Positions 20,217 to 30,813 of a stretch of DNA of 39,770 bases are shown piece after piece. The notes beneath the pieces are model-generated. The model ran no database searches. It was given only the letters and a program-made list of their open reading frames with translations, and was not told where the DNA came from. Location of the stretch: assembly GCA_038209745.1 (NCBI GenBank), contig JBBQXJ010000041.1:1-39770 (forward strand), written 5' to 3'. Position numbers and translations under genes: made by a program. Source of the stretch: Verrucomicrobiota bacterium (GTDB lineage: Bacteria > Verrucomicrobiota > Verrucomicrobiia > Limisphaerales > CANJSG01). Each line of letters opens with the position of its first letter. The first letter of the stretch is position 1.

Positions 20217-21952
20217 TGTCGAGTCCTTTGGCGGGAAAGGTTGCTCCACCCGAACTGCTGGTCGATGTCCCCCGGCTCGTCGCCGCCTACTTCGCCGACG
20301 CGCCCGATCCTTCCGTGCCGGCCCAGCGGGTGTCTTTCGGCACTTCCGGACATCGCGGTTCCTCGTTCAAACGCAGCTTCAACGAAGCGCACGTCCTCGC
20401 GATCACGCAGGCGATCTGCCTCCATCGACTAAGGCGAAACATCACCGGCCCTCTTTTCGTCGGCATCGACACCCACGCGCTTTCGGCCCCGGCCAGTGCC
20501 ACTGCGCTGGAGGTGCTCGCGGCGAACGGAGTCCACGTGGTCATTGCCGAGGGGGATGAATTCACCCCGACCCCGGTGGTCTCCCACGCGATCCTGGCCT
20601 ACAACCGGGGCCGAATCGCAGGACTGGCCGACGGCATCATTCTCACCCCGTCGCACAATCCCCCCCACGACGGCGGCTACAAATACAACCCGCCGAACGG
20701 AGGTCCGGCGGACAACGAAACCACCTCCTGGATCGGCACCAAGGCAAACGCGCTGCTCGAAGCACAGCTTCAAGCGGTGAAGCGGATTCCCTACGAGCGC
20801 GCCTTGCACGCTTCGACGACCCAACGGCGCGACTATCTCGCGCCCTACATCGACGACCTCGCCAATGTGATCGACATGGAACTCGTCCGGGGAGCCAAGC
20901 TGCACCTCGGCGTCGATCCGCTCGGCGGAGCCGGTGTCCACTACTGGGGCCGCATCGCCGAACGGCATGGCCTCGACCTCACGGTGGTCAGCGAGGTGGT
21001 GGACCCGACGTTCCGTTTCATGACCGTGGATTGGGACGGGCAGATCCGCATGGACCCTTCGTCCCCCGACGCGATGCAGCGCCTCATCGGGATCAAGGAT
21101 CGTTTCGACCTGTCGTTCGCCTGCGACACCGACCACGACCGGCACGGGATCGTCACGCGGCGCGACGGGCTGCTGCCGCCCAACCATTCTCTCTCGGTGG
21201 CCATTTCCGAGCTCTTCCCGAATCGACCCGGATGGAGCACCACGGCGGCGGTTGGCAAGACGGCCGTCAGCAGCGCGATGATCGACCGGGTGACCGCCCG
21301 ATTGGGCCGTCATCTGTGCGAAGTGCCGGTCGGCTTCAAATGGTTCGTGGACGGATTGGTCAACGGCTCGCTCGGATTTGCCGGTGAAGAAAGCGCCGGA
21401 GCCACGTTCCTCAGGAGAGACGGCACCGTGTGGACCACGGACAAGGACGGCTTCATCCCCTGCCTGCTCGCGGCAGAGACCACCGCGCGCACAGGCAACG
21501 ATCCGGGAGAGCTCTACCGGAAACTCTGCGTCGAATTTGGCGAATCGTTCTACGACCGCGTCGAGGCTCCCGCGAGCCCCGGCCAACGAGCGATTTTGGC
21601 CAGGCTTTCCCCAACCGACGTCTCTCTCACCGAACTCGCCGGAGAGGCTGTTCTGTCCGTGACCTCCGAGGCCGCGGGAAACCACGCCCCGCTCGGTGGC
21701 GTGAAATTGACGACGAAGAACGGTTGGTTCGCCGTTCGTCCCTCCGGCACCGAAGACATCTACAAAATCTACGCCGAGAGCTTCCGGAACGAGACCCACC
21801 TGCGCCGGATCCTCGATGAGGCCCGAGCGTTTGTCCGGGACTCTTTCGCAGAGACCGCTCCGGCGGAAACAGGCCCAGAACCACAGCCTCCCCATCCACA
21901 GACGGAGAAGGAAGCCGTGGAGGCGTGGCAGAACGAAGGGGACCCCAATTGA
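20216..21952 (+). CDS. pgm: Phosphoglucomutase (alpha-D-glucose-1,6-bisphosphate dependent)
   Basis: FGTSGHRGSS, TPSHNPP (phospho-Ser), CDTDHDRHG (metal), GEESAG, RPSGTEDIYKIYAES; TGATG overlap with fba. Confidence 0.96.
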   Translation: MSSPLAGKVAPPELLVDVPRLVAAYFADAPDPSVPAQRVSFGTSGHRGSSFKRSFNEAHVLAITQAICLHRLRRNITGPLFVGIDTHALSAPASATALEVLAANGVHVVIAEGDEFTPTPVVSHAILAYNRGRIAGLADGIILTPSHNPPHDGGYKYNPPNGGPADNETTSWIGTKANALLEAQLQAVKRIPYERALHASTTQRRDYLAPYIDDLANVIDMELVRGAKLHLGVDPLGGAGVHYWGRIAERHGLDLTVVSEVVDPTFRFMTVDWDGQIRMDPSSPDAMQRLIGIKDRFDLSFACDTDHDRHGIVTRRDGLLPPNHSLSVAISELFPNRPGWSTTAAVGKTAVSSAMIDRVTARLGRHLCEVPVGFKWFVDGLVNGSLGFAGEESAGATFLRRDGTVWTTDKDGFIPCLLAAETTARTGNDPGELYRKLCVEFGESFYDRVEAPASPGQRAILARLSPTDVSLTELAGEAVLSVTSEAAGNHAPLGGVKLTTKNGWFAVRPSGTEDIYKIYAESFRNETHLRRILDEARAFVRDSFAETAPAETGPEPQPPHPQTEKEAVEAWQNEGDPN

Positions 21953-22056
21953 TCTTCCCCGGCTTTCCAGATCCTCGCCCATGGCCCGCAAACCGGTCGT
22001 TCGCGTTCCGGCGGATGAAGCGCACCACGGTCAACCCGCCGTCGGCCTGAAAATCC

Positions 22057-25000
22057 ATGTCGTCCAGGATAGGCTTAAAATTGGCACAGACCTTCCTGCA
22101 TCCATTCTCCCGATGGTTCGCCGAGAATGTCTGGAAACGCCCGCTCTCGCCGAGCCAGCCTCTCCGGGCCGAGCTCTTCAGCGAGGAGCAACTGGCCCGC
22201 CACGCGAAGAGTCTGGCGGAATCACATCGGGTGACCGTGCACCGGGGAAAAGACCACCTCCTGTCCCGGCTCGACCACAACGAATCCGTGTTTCGATCCT
22301 TCAACCGCGCCGCCTTGGCGTCCGACCCCGGCCGTCGCGTGGTGCCCGCCGCCGAATGGCTGTTCGACAATTTCTATCTGGTCGAAGAGCACATCCAAAT
22401 AGGCCGGCGTCATCTGCCCAAGGGCTACAGCCAGGAACTGCCCCGCTTGGTGGACGGCCCATCGGCCGGCCTGCCGCGCGTCTACGAAATCGTGCTCGAG
22501 TATATCTCGCACGTGGATGCCCAGATCGACGGAGCCCCGCTCCGCTCCTTCGTCGCCGCCTACCAGTCCATCACTCCGTTGAAGCTCGGCGAGCTTTGGG
22601 CCATTCCCATCATGCTGCGCCTCGGCCTGATCGAGAACCTCCGGCGGGTGACCGACCTGCTGGCCATCGCCCGCGATGAACGGGATCTCGCCAACCATTG
22701 GGTGGACCGTCTGCAGGCCGTCGCGGAGACGAACGCGTCGCGCCTGGTCATCGTGGTGGCCGACATGGCCAAGGCCGAACTCCCCGTCTCCAGCGCGTTC
22801 GTGGCGGAATTCTGTCAACGCCTGGCCCGCCAAAGCCCCGTCATGCACCTGGCCAGAAGCTGGCTGGAGCGGCGGCTGGTCGAACACGGGCTGACCATCG
22901 AACAACTGGTCCATCAGGAGGGCCAACTTCAGGCGGCCGACCAGGTTTCGGTCAGCCACAGCATCACGAGCCTGCGCGGGTTGAGCTCGCTGGACTGGAA
23001 GGAATTCGTCGAGGGCCAGAGCGTGGTCGAAGCGGCCTTGCGCACGGATCCGGGCGAAGTCTATCGGACGATGGATTTCGCCACGCGCGATCGATACAGG
23101 CATGCGGTCGAACATTTGGCCAGGCATGGGCCCTGCACGGAGGCGGAGGTGGCGATGGAGGCCATAGGCCTTGCCGGCGAAGCCGGCCGACTGAACGGAA
23201 CCGACGACCGCACCGCCCATGTCGGGTTCTACCTGGTCGATGCGGGACACGTTCAACTGGGCCGTCGCGTCCGGGTGCGTTGGCCTTGGCGAAATGGGAT
23301 CGAGCGAACGATCCGGCGGTTCCCGATGGCGTTCTACGGGGGCGGCATCGGAGGACTCGCTATGATCGCCACGGTTGGATTCGTCCGCCTGGTGGACCTG
23401 TCGGAACCGTCCTCCGAGGCTCTCGTCTTGCTCACGCTCGCAGTCCTTCTTCCCGCCAGCCAACTCGCGGTCGGGCTGATGAACTGGCTTGCCACCTTGC
23501 TGGTCAAACCGCGCCTGCTGCCGCGTCTGGACTTCTCCGAGGGAATCTCCTCCGACTGTCGAAGCATCGTCGTGGTGCCGACCCTGCTCACGGGCTCTGA
23601 GAACGTGGACCATCTGATCGAGGTGCTGGAGATCCATTATCTGTCGAACCGGGACGCGAACCTGCATTTCGCGTTGCTGACTGATTTCTGCGACGCACCG
23701 GCCGAAGCCCTCCCTTCCGACACACCGCTCCTACAACGGGCGCAAAGCGGCATCGAGATGCTCAACCAAAAGTATCCTCCCGGGAAACACGGCGGATTCT
23801 TTCTGCTTCACCGGCCGCGCCGTTGGAATGCCGGGGAAGGTGTCTGGATGGGCTACGAGCGGAAACGCGGCAAACTTGCGGCCTTCAACGGGCTGCTGCG
23901 CGGTGGTTCCGCCGACTGTTTTTCATTGGTGGTCGGCGACACGTCCGTTCTCCGCGGCCTCCAGTATGTCATCACGCTGGACACCGACACGCAGCTGCCG
24001 CGCGACTCCGCCCGGCTGCTGGTCGGCACCATGGCCCATCGGTTGAACCGGCCCGTCTTCGACGGGACAAGCGGCATCGTCACCGCCGGCCATGGCATCC
24101 TCCAGCCCCGCGTGGGCGCGAGCCTGCCGACGGCACGCCGTTCGTGGTTTGTCCGGTTGTATGCCGGCGATGTGGGCATCGATCCCTACACCCGGGAAGT
24201 GTCCGACGTGTACCAGGACCTCTTCCACGAAGGATCGTTCATCGGCAAGGGCATCTACGACGTGGACGCCTTCGAGCGGGCCATGTCGGGGCGATTCCCG
24301 GAGAACACCGTGCTCAGCCACGATCTGCTGGAAGGCTGCCACGCGCGCGCCGCGCTGGTCAGCGACATCGAGCTCTATGAACCGTTTCCCTCGCGCTACA
24401 GCGTGGACGCCGGCCGGCGGCACCGGTGGATCCGGGGCGACTGGCAGATCGCGCCGTGGCTCGGAGCGCGAGTTCCCAGCACCGCCGGACCACGCCTGCC
24501 CACTCCGCTCTCGGCGATCTCCCAGTGGAAGCTTTTCGACAACTTCCGGCGAAGTCTGGTGCCGGCGTCGATGCTGCTGTTCCTCCTCGGTTGCTGGCTG
24601 CTGTTGCCGGCGGGAGCCATGCTCGGAACGCTGGCGGTGCTCGGGATCATCGCTTTGCCGGGCCTGCTGGCGAACACCCTTGCCGCTCTGAACAAGCCGG
24701 CCGACCTGCCCTGGCTCCTGCATCTGCACGGCGTGGCGGAGTCCGGGGAAAGGCAGCTCGGCCAGGTCCTCCTGACGATCACGCTTCTTCCCTACGACGT
24801 CTTTCTCAGCCTGGACGCCATCGTCCGGACCCTCGCGCGGATGGCGGTCACGCATCGGCATCTGATGGAATGGAAAACTTCCGGAGAAGCCGAACGCCAA
24901 GCGCTCTCTGGTCCGGTGGGGTTCTACGGCAAGATGTGGATCGCCCCTGCGGTGGGTGTCGGGACGGGCGGGCTGATGGTCCTCCTTCATCCCGCTGAAG

Positions 25001-28000
25001 TCCCCGCGGTGCTTCCGATCATCGGACTCTGGTTGGCGGCGCCGTGGGTCGCGTGGTGGATCAGCCGGCCATTGGTGGGCGCCCCTCCGAAGCTGTCGCC
25101 GAAGCAACTCGCGTTTCTGCACAGAACCGCCCGCAAGACGTGGCACTACTTCGAGGCCTTCGTCACCGAGCGGGAGAACTGGCTGCCGCCGGACAACTTC
25201 CAGGAAGTGCCCGCTCCGGTGATCGCTTCCCGGACGTCGCCCACCAATATCGGTCTGGCCCTGCTCGCCAATCTCGGCGCGCACGATCTGGGATACCTCT
25301 CGACGGGGGGTCTGATCCGCCGCACCCAAAACACCTTTGCCACTCTCAGCTGCCTGGAGCGATACCGGGGACACTTCTACAACTGGTATGACACCCACCG
25401 GCTCCAACCGATGCTCCCGCTCTATGTTTCGAGCGTGGACAGCGGCAATCTCGCCGGCCATCTGCTGACGCTTGGAGCGGGCCTCAGGGAACTGGCGGAC
25501 CAGCCCGTCTATTCCCCGCGCATCTTTACCGGATCGCGGGACACCGCGCAGGTGCTGGAGGGACTGCTGGGTGCGAGCCAATCGCTGGAACAACTGATCG
25601 TCTCCCTGGCCCAGTCGCCGTCCAACCTGCGGACCGCCCACGCCCTGTTGGTTCGAGCCGTCAGCGAGTCGTCCACGGTGCGGGAGTCCACTTCAAAGCT
25701 TTCCGCCGACGCCCAGGACTGGGCCGACACGTTGCTGCAAAACTGCACCGATCACCTCGAGGAACTCGAGTTCCTCGCGCCCTGGCTCGCCCTGGACCCT
25801 TCCGGGGACGACGCGCGTTTCGACGCCGGCATTGCCCATCTCAGCCGGATGCCGACCCTGCGGGAACTGGCCAGCCCGGCACCGTCGACCGCCCTGGCCG
25901 AGAGTGCGCCTGCACCGTCCCAGTGTCTCCGCGACGCGGGCGCCCGGGCGCGGGAGCGTCTGGTCACGATCGAATCCTTCGCGCGCCGATGCGACGAGAT
26001 GGCGGCGATGGACTTCACCTTCCTGGTCGATCCCACCCGGGAGCTCTTCGTCACCGGGTTCAACGTTGCCGAGCGACGCTGCGACACCGGATTCTACGAC
26101 CTGCTCGCTTCTGAAGCGCGTCTGGCCAGCTACGTCGCCATCGCCCTTGGGCAGGTGCCGCAGGACCAATGGTTCTCGATGGGGCGCCTGCTGGTCGCGA
26201 CCCGGGGCGAGCCCGTGCTGGTCTCGTGGAGCGGCTCGATGTTCGAGTATCTGATGCCGATGCTGGTCATGCCCACCTACGAGAACACGCTGCTGGACCA
26301 TACCTGCCGCGCGGCGGTGGGCCGGCAGATCTCCTACGGAAAGCTGCGCGGGGTTCCGTGGGGCATTTCCGAGTCGGGCTACAACCTGACCGACGCCCGA
26401 TCAAACTACCAATACCGGGCGTTCGGCGTACCCGGCCTGGGCTTGAAACGGGGTCTGGCGGAGGATCTCGTGATCGCGCCCTACGCCTCCGCGTTGGCCC
26501 TCCTGGTGGCGCCGGTCGCCGCCTGCGAAAACCTCCAACGACTGGCCGCCGAGGGCCGCGAAGGCGCCTACGGATTCTACGAGGCCGTGGATTACACGCC
26601 GTCCCGCCAGCCACCGGGAGAATCGAGCGTCACCATCCGGTCGTTCATGGTCCACCACCAGGGAATGAGCCTGGTCGCGCTCGTCAACATCCTGCGGGAC
26701 GACCCGATGCCGAGGCGGTTCCTGGCCTGCCCCATGTTGAAGGCGACCGAGCTGTTGTTGCAGGAGCGGCTGCCGAAGGTCGCCGCTTCCATGTTCGCCG
26801 CAGACCTGAACCTGGACACCACGCCCTTGATCGAAGCAGAAGGAGGCAGCGTGATGCGGATTTTCAAGAACCCGGGCCCGCCGGTCCCCGAGGTGCACCT
26901 GCTCTCCAACGGACGCTACCACGTGGTGGTCACCAGCGCCGGCGGCGGCTACAGCCGTTGGCGAGATCTCGCGATCACCCGCTGGCGCGAAGACGCCACC
27001 CGGGACTGCTGGGGGACCTTCGTCTATCTGCGCGACGTGGCGACGGGGGAAATCTGGTCCGCAGCACACCAGCCGACCCTGCGCGGATCGACGGGCAGCG
27101 AAGCCATCTTCACCCAGTCCCGCGCGGAGTTCCGGCAGGTCCAGGCCGACTTCCAGATCCACACCGAGATCAGCGTCTCGCCGGAAGACGACGTGGAGCT
27201 GCGCCGCATCACCATCACCAACACGCTGCCGGTCGCCCGCAACATCGAGCTCACCAGCTACGCCGAAGTGGTGCTGGCGGCCCAGTCGGCGGACATGGCC
27301 CATCCCGCCTTCAGCAATCTTTTCGTCCAGACGGAGTTTCTCCCGCAGTCGTCCGCCGTGCTCTGCACCCGACGGGCCCGTGCACCCGAGGAAAAGCCCC
27401 CCTGGCTGATGCATTTGATGAAGGGGCCGACCGGCAACTCGGGCGAGACTTCCTGCGAAACGGACCGGTCGCGCTTTGTCGGCCGGGGCCGTGGGCTCGC
27501 GAGTCCGGCCGCGATGCAAAGCCTCGGTCCGTTGTCCAACACGGTCGGCTCCGTGCTCGACCCCATCGTGTCGCTGCGCCGGACGATCTCTCTCCGCGCC
27601 CACGAAACGGTGACCGTCGACCTGGTGTTCGGCGCGGCCGACAACCGCGAAGCCGCGCTTGCCCAGGTGGAGAAATACCATGGTCCCCGCATGGTGGACC
27701 GCGCTTTCGACCTGGCCTGGACCCACAACCAGGTGACGCTGCGCCACCTCAATGTGACCGAGGCGGAAGCCCAGCTCTACGGACGACTCGCAGGGGCGTT
27801 GGTCTTTGCCGATCCCGCGCGCCGGTCGGACCCCGGGGTCTTGCGGAACAATCGGCGCGGTCAGAGCGGGCTGTGGAGTTTCGGAATTTCCGGCGACCTG
27901 CCGATCATTCTGCTTCGCATCAGCGACGCCCGGAAGATGGACATCGTCCAGCAGCTGGTCCAAGCGCACTCCTATTGGCGCCTCAAGGGATTGCCCGTCG

Positions 28001-30783
28001 AGCTGGTGATCGTGAACGAGGACGTCTCCGTCTATCGCCAATCGCTGCACGACCAGATCACGGGCCTGATCGCCTCGCGGAACGAGGCGGGGATGCTCGA
28101 CAAACCCGGCGGCATCTTTGTCCGCCGCTTGGAACAGGTCCAACACGTGGATCTCGTGCTGCTGCAGTCCGTGGCGCGGATCGTCTTGGACGACGAACGC
28201 GGCACCCTGGCCCTACAGATCGCGCACAGGAGCGTCCTGGATCCGGTGGTTCCAGCTTTTGTTCCCACCCGTCCGCCCACGACCGATCCGACGCAGCCGG
28301 CGGCGCAACGTGAGCTGGTCTTCCCGAATGGACTGGGCGGTTTTACCCGCGACGGCCACGAGTATGTCATCAGTCTGAATCCCGGTCAGACGACCCCTGC
28401 CCCCTGGGTCAACGTGCTGGCCAATCCGACGTTCGGCACCGTCGTTTCGGAGAGCGGCAGCGCCTACACCTGGGTGGAGAATTCCCATGAATTCCGCCTG
28501 ACACCGTGGAGCAACGATCCCGTTCAGGACACTTCCGGAGAAGCGGTCTACCTGCGCGACGAACAGACCGGGCAGTATTGGTCCCCCACCCCGCTGCCGG
28601 CCCGTGGTGCGACGCCCTACGTCGTCCGCCACGGCTTTGGCTATACCGTCTTCGAGCACACCGAGCACGGGATCGCGTCCGAGCTCTGGGTCTACGTGGC
28701 GATGGATGCGCCGGTGAAGTTCACCGTGCTCAAGCTCCGCAACATTTCGGGCCGGCCGCGCAGAGTATCCGTCACCGGCTACTGGGAATGGGTCCTCGGC
28801 GATCTCCGGTCCAAGAGCCTGTTGCACGTCCAGACCGAAGTGGACCTGAAGTCGGGCGCACTGCTTGCCCGGAATTTCTACAACACCGAATTCCCCGAAC
28901 GCATCGCCTTCATCGACGTGAACGACGGCAACCGGACCGTCACGGGTGACCGGAAGGAATTCATCGGCCGCAACGGCACCCTCGCGCAGCCCGCCGCGCT
29001 CAGCCGGGCGCGGCTTTCCGGATGCGTCGGCGCCGGGCTCGATCCCTGCGGTGCGGTCCAGGTCACGTTCGATCTGGCCGAAGGTCAGGAGCGGGAAACC
29101 AGCTTTCGCCTCGGAGTCGGTCGCAATCCGGCCGACGTGGAAAGCCTGATCCAGCGCTTCCGCCGCCAAGATGCCGGCAGATCCGCGCTGGAAGGCGTTT
29201 GGAGCTACTGGAACCGCACCTTGGGCACGGTGAACGTGGACACGCCCGACCCGGCGGTGAACGTCATGGCCAATGGCTGGCTGCTCTACCAGACCCTGAG
29301 CGCGCGACTCTGGGGCCGCACCGGCTTCTACCAATCCGGCGGCGCCTACGGGTTCCGCGACCAGTTGCAGGACGTGATGGCCCTGGTCCATGCCGAGCCC
29401 GCCCTGGCCCGCGAGCATCTGCTCAGGGCCGCCGAGCATCAGTTCCGCGAAGGCGATGTGCAGCATTGGTGGCATCCGCCGACCGGGCGCGGCGTCCGCA
29501 CCCACTTCTCGGACGACTACCTGTGGTTGCCCTACGTCACCTGCCGCTACGTCGCAACGGTCGCGGATACGGGGGTGTTGGACGAGAAGATCGGATTCCT
29601 CGAAGCCCGTCCGGTCAAACCAAAGGAAGAGGCCTACTACGACCTGCCCAACCGCGCCGAAGAGTCCGCCAGCCTCTACCAGCACTGTGTCCGCGCCATC
29701 GAGCACGGCCTCAATTTCGGCGCCCACGGCCTGCCGCTGATGGGCTGTGGCGATTGGAACGACGGCATGAACCGCGTCGGCAACGAGGGCCGGGGCGAAA
29801 GCGTCTGGCTGGCGTTTTTCCTCTACGACGTGCTCACCCAGTTCTCCGCAGTGGCCCGGAAGCGCGGGGACCAAACCTTCGCCGATCGTTGCGTCGCCCA
29901 GGCACAGCAACTTAAAGAGAACATCGAGCGCCACGCGTGGGACGGCCAATGGTATCGCCGGGCTTGGTTCGACAACGGCGAGCCGCTCGGTTCCCGGACC
30001 AATGCGGAATGCCAGATCGATTCCCTGCCGCAGAGCTGGTCGATCCTCAGCGGGGCCGGCCAATCGGACCGTTCGCGCGAAGCGATGGAGTCCGTCGACC
30101 AACGGCTCGTTCGTCGCAACGCCGGACTGATCCAGCTGTTCGATCCGCCTTTCGACAAATCCGCCCTCAATCCCGGCTACATCAAGGGCTACATCCCGGG
30201 CGTGCGCGAGAACGGCGGCCAATACACCCATGGCGCGATCTGGACGGCCATGGCCTTCGCCATGATGGGCGAGAGCGAACATGCCTGGGAACTCTTCGCG
30301 ATGCTCAATCCCGTCCGTCACGGGGCGACCGCCCGGAAGATCGCCACCTACAAGGTCGAGCCCTACGTCGTGGCGGCGGATGTCTACGCGCTGCCGCCCC
30401 ACACAGGCCGAGGCGGCTGGACGTGGTATACCGGATCGGCCGGATGGATGTACCGGCTGCTCGTGGAAACCTTGCTCGGGGTGAACCGTGAAGGCGATCA
30501 ACTGCGGCTGGAGCCGCGCATGCCCCAGGCTTGGACCCGCTACAAGATCCACTACCGCTACGGCCAGACGGTCTACCACATCACGATCACCCGGCTTCCC
30601 GCCGATGCCCCCGAGACCGCGCAATTGTCCCTGGATGGAACGGAAATCCCGGGGCCGCTGCTTCCTCTGCGCGATGACGGTCAGGATCACACTGTGGAAT
30701 TCAAAACACGCCGATCGATGGATTCCACCCCGCCCTCCAACGGAGCTCCGGAGCCACTGGCTCCAAAGCAAGTCCTGCGCTAG
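22057..30783 (+). CDS. ndvB: Cyclic beta-1,2-glucan synthase (Cgs/NdvB/ChvB type): GT84 synthase, cyclisation domain and GH94 phosphorylase
   Basis: 2908 aa; GYERKRGKL, ITLDTDT, SHDLLEG, RRHRWIRGDWQ; membrane helices; PPDNFQE, RTSPTNIG, YDLLASEARL, SWSGSMFEYLMP, PWGISES; two GH94 N-domains and a catalytic domain with GAYGFRDQLQD, GDWNDG, RENGGQYTH, WYTGSAGW. Confidence 0.93.
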   Translation: MSSRIGLKLAQTFLHPFSRWFAENVWKRPLSPSQPLRAELFSEEQLARHAKSLAESHRVTVHRGKDHLLSRLDHNESVFRSFNRAALASDPGRRVVPAAEWLFDNFYLVEEHIQIGRRHLPKGYSQELPRLVDGPSAGLPRVYEIVLEYISHVDAQIDGAPLRSFVAAYQSITPLKLGELWAIPIMLRLGLIENLRRVTDLLAIARDERDLANHWVDRLQAVAETNASRLVIVVADMAKAELPVSSAFVAEFCQRLARQSPVMHLARSWLERRLVEHGLTIEQLVHQEGQLQAADQVSVSHSITSLRGLSSLDWKEFVEGQSVVEAALRTDPGEVYRTMDFATRDRYRHAVEHLARHGPCTEAEVAMEAIGLAGEAGRLNGTDDRTAHVGFYLVDAGHVQLGRRVRVRWPWRNGIERTIRRFPMAFYGGGIGGLAMIATVGFVRLVDLSEPSSEALVLLTLAVLLPASQLAVGLMNWLATLLVKPRLLPRLDFSEGISSDCRSIVVVPTLLTGSENVDHLIEVLEIHYLSNRDANLHFALLTDFCDAPAEALPSDTPLLQRAQSGIEMLNQKYPPGKHGGFFLLHRPRRWNAGEGVWMGYERKRGKLAAFNGLLRGGSADCFSLVVGDTSVLRGLQYVITLDTDTQLPRDSARLLVGTMAHRLNRPVFDGTSGIVTAGHGILQPRVGASLPTARRSWFVRLYAGDVGIDPYTREVSDVYQDLFHEGSFIGKGIYDVDAFERAMSGRFPENTVLSHDLLEGCHARAALVSDIELYEPFPSRYSVDAGRRHRWIRGDWQIAPWLGARVPSTAGPRLPTPLSAISQWKLFDNFRRSLVPASMLLFLLGCWLLLPAGAMLGTLAVLGIIALPGLLANTLAALNKPADLPWLLHLHGVAESGERQLGQVLLTITLLPYDVFLSLDAIVRTLARMAVTHRHLMEWKTSGEAERQALSGPVGFYGKMWIAPAVGVGTGGLMVLLHPAEVPAVLPIIGLWLAAPWVAWWISRPLVGAPPKLSPKQLAFLHRTARKTWHYFEAFVTERENWLPPDNFQEVPAPVIASRTSPTNIGLALLANLGAHDLGYLSTGGLIRRTQNTFATLSCLERYRGHFYNWYDTHRLQPMLPLYVSSVDSGNLAGHLLTLGAGLRELADQPVYSPRIFTGSRDTAQVLEGLLGASQSLEQLIVSLAQSPSNLRTAHALLVRAVSESSTVRESTSKLSADAQDWADTLLQNCTDHLEELEFLAPWLALDPSGDDARFDAGIAHLSRMPTLRELASPAPSTALAESAPAPSQCLRDAGARARERLVTIESFARRCDEMAAMDFTFLVDPTRELFVTGFNVAERRCDTGFYDLLASEARLASYVAIALGQVPQDQWFSMGRLLVATRGEPVLVSWSGSMFEYLMPMLVMPTYENTLLDHTCRAAVGRQISYGKLRGVPWGISESGYNLTDARSNYQYRAFGVPGLGLKRGLAEDLVIAPYASALALLVAPVAACENLQRLAAEGREGAYGFYEAVDYTPSRQPPGESSVTIRSFMVHHQGMSLVALVNILRDDPMPRRFLACPMLKATELLLQERLPKVAASMFAADLNLDTTPLIEAEGGSVMRIFKNPGPPVPEVHLLSNGRYHVVVTSAGGGYSRWRDLAITRWREDATRDCWGTFVYLRDVATGEIWSAAHQPTLRGSTGSEAIFTQSRAEFRQVQADFQIHTEISVSPEDDVELRRITITNTLPVARNIELTSYAEVVLAAQSADMAHPAFSNLFVQTEFLPQSSAVLCTRRARAPEEKPPWLMHLMKGPTGNSGETSCETDRSRFVGRGRGLASPAAMQSLGPLSNTVGSVLDPIVSLRRTISLRAHETVTVDLVFGAADNREAALAQVEKYHGPRMVDRAFDLAWTHNQVTLRHLNVTEAEAQLYGRLAGALVFADPARRSDPGVLRNNRRGQSGLWSFGISGDLPIILLRISDARKMDIVQQLVQAHSYWRLKGLPVELVIVNEDVSVYRQSLHDQITGLIASRNEAGMLDKPGGIFVRRLEQVQHVDLVLLQSVARIVLDDERGTLALQIAHRSVLDPVVPAFVPTRPPTTDPTQPAAQRELVFPNGLGGFTRDGHEYVISLNPGQTTPAPWVNVLANPTFGTVVSESGSAYTWVENSHEFRLTPWSNDPVQDTSGEAVYLRDEQTGQYWSPTPLPARGATPYVVRHGFGYTVFEHTEHGIASELWVYVAMDAPVKFTVLKLRNISGRPRRVSVTGYWEWVLGDLRSKSLLHVQTEVDLKSGALLARNFYNTEFPERIAFIDVNDGNRTVTGDRKEFIGRNGTLAQPAALSRARLSGCVGAGLDPCGAVQVTFDLAEGQERETSFRLGVGRNPADVESLIQRFRRQDAGRSALEGVWSYWNRTLGTVNVDTPDPAVNVMANGWLLYQTLSARLWGRTGFYQSGGAYGFRDQLQDVMALVHAEPALAREHLLRAAEHQFREGDVQHWWHPPTGRGVRTHFSDDYLWLPYVTCRYVATVADTGVLDEKIGFLEARPVKPKEEAYYDLPNRAEESASLYQHCVRAIEHGLNFGAHGLPLMGCGDWNDGMNRVGNEGRGESVWLAFFLYDVLTQFSAVARKRGDQTFADRCVAQAQQLKENIERHAWDGQWYRRAWFDNGEPLGSRTNAECQIDSLPQSWSILSGAGQSDRSREAMESVDQRLVRRNAGLIQLFDPPFDKSALNPGYIKGYIPGVRENGGQYTHGAIWTAMAFAMMGESEHAWELFAMLNPVRHGATARKIATYKVEPYVVAADVYALPPHTGRGGWTWYTGSAGWMYRLLVETLLGVNREGDQLRLEPRMPQAWTRYKIHYRYGQTVYHITITRLPADAPETAQLSLDGTEIPGPLLPLRDDGQDHTVEFKTRRSMDSTPPSNGAPEPLAPKQVLR

Positions 30784-30813
30784 AGGTGGATGGAATCTGA
30801 CAACAGTGAAATC

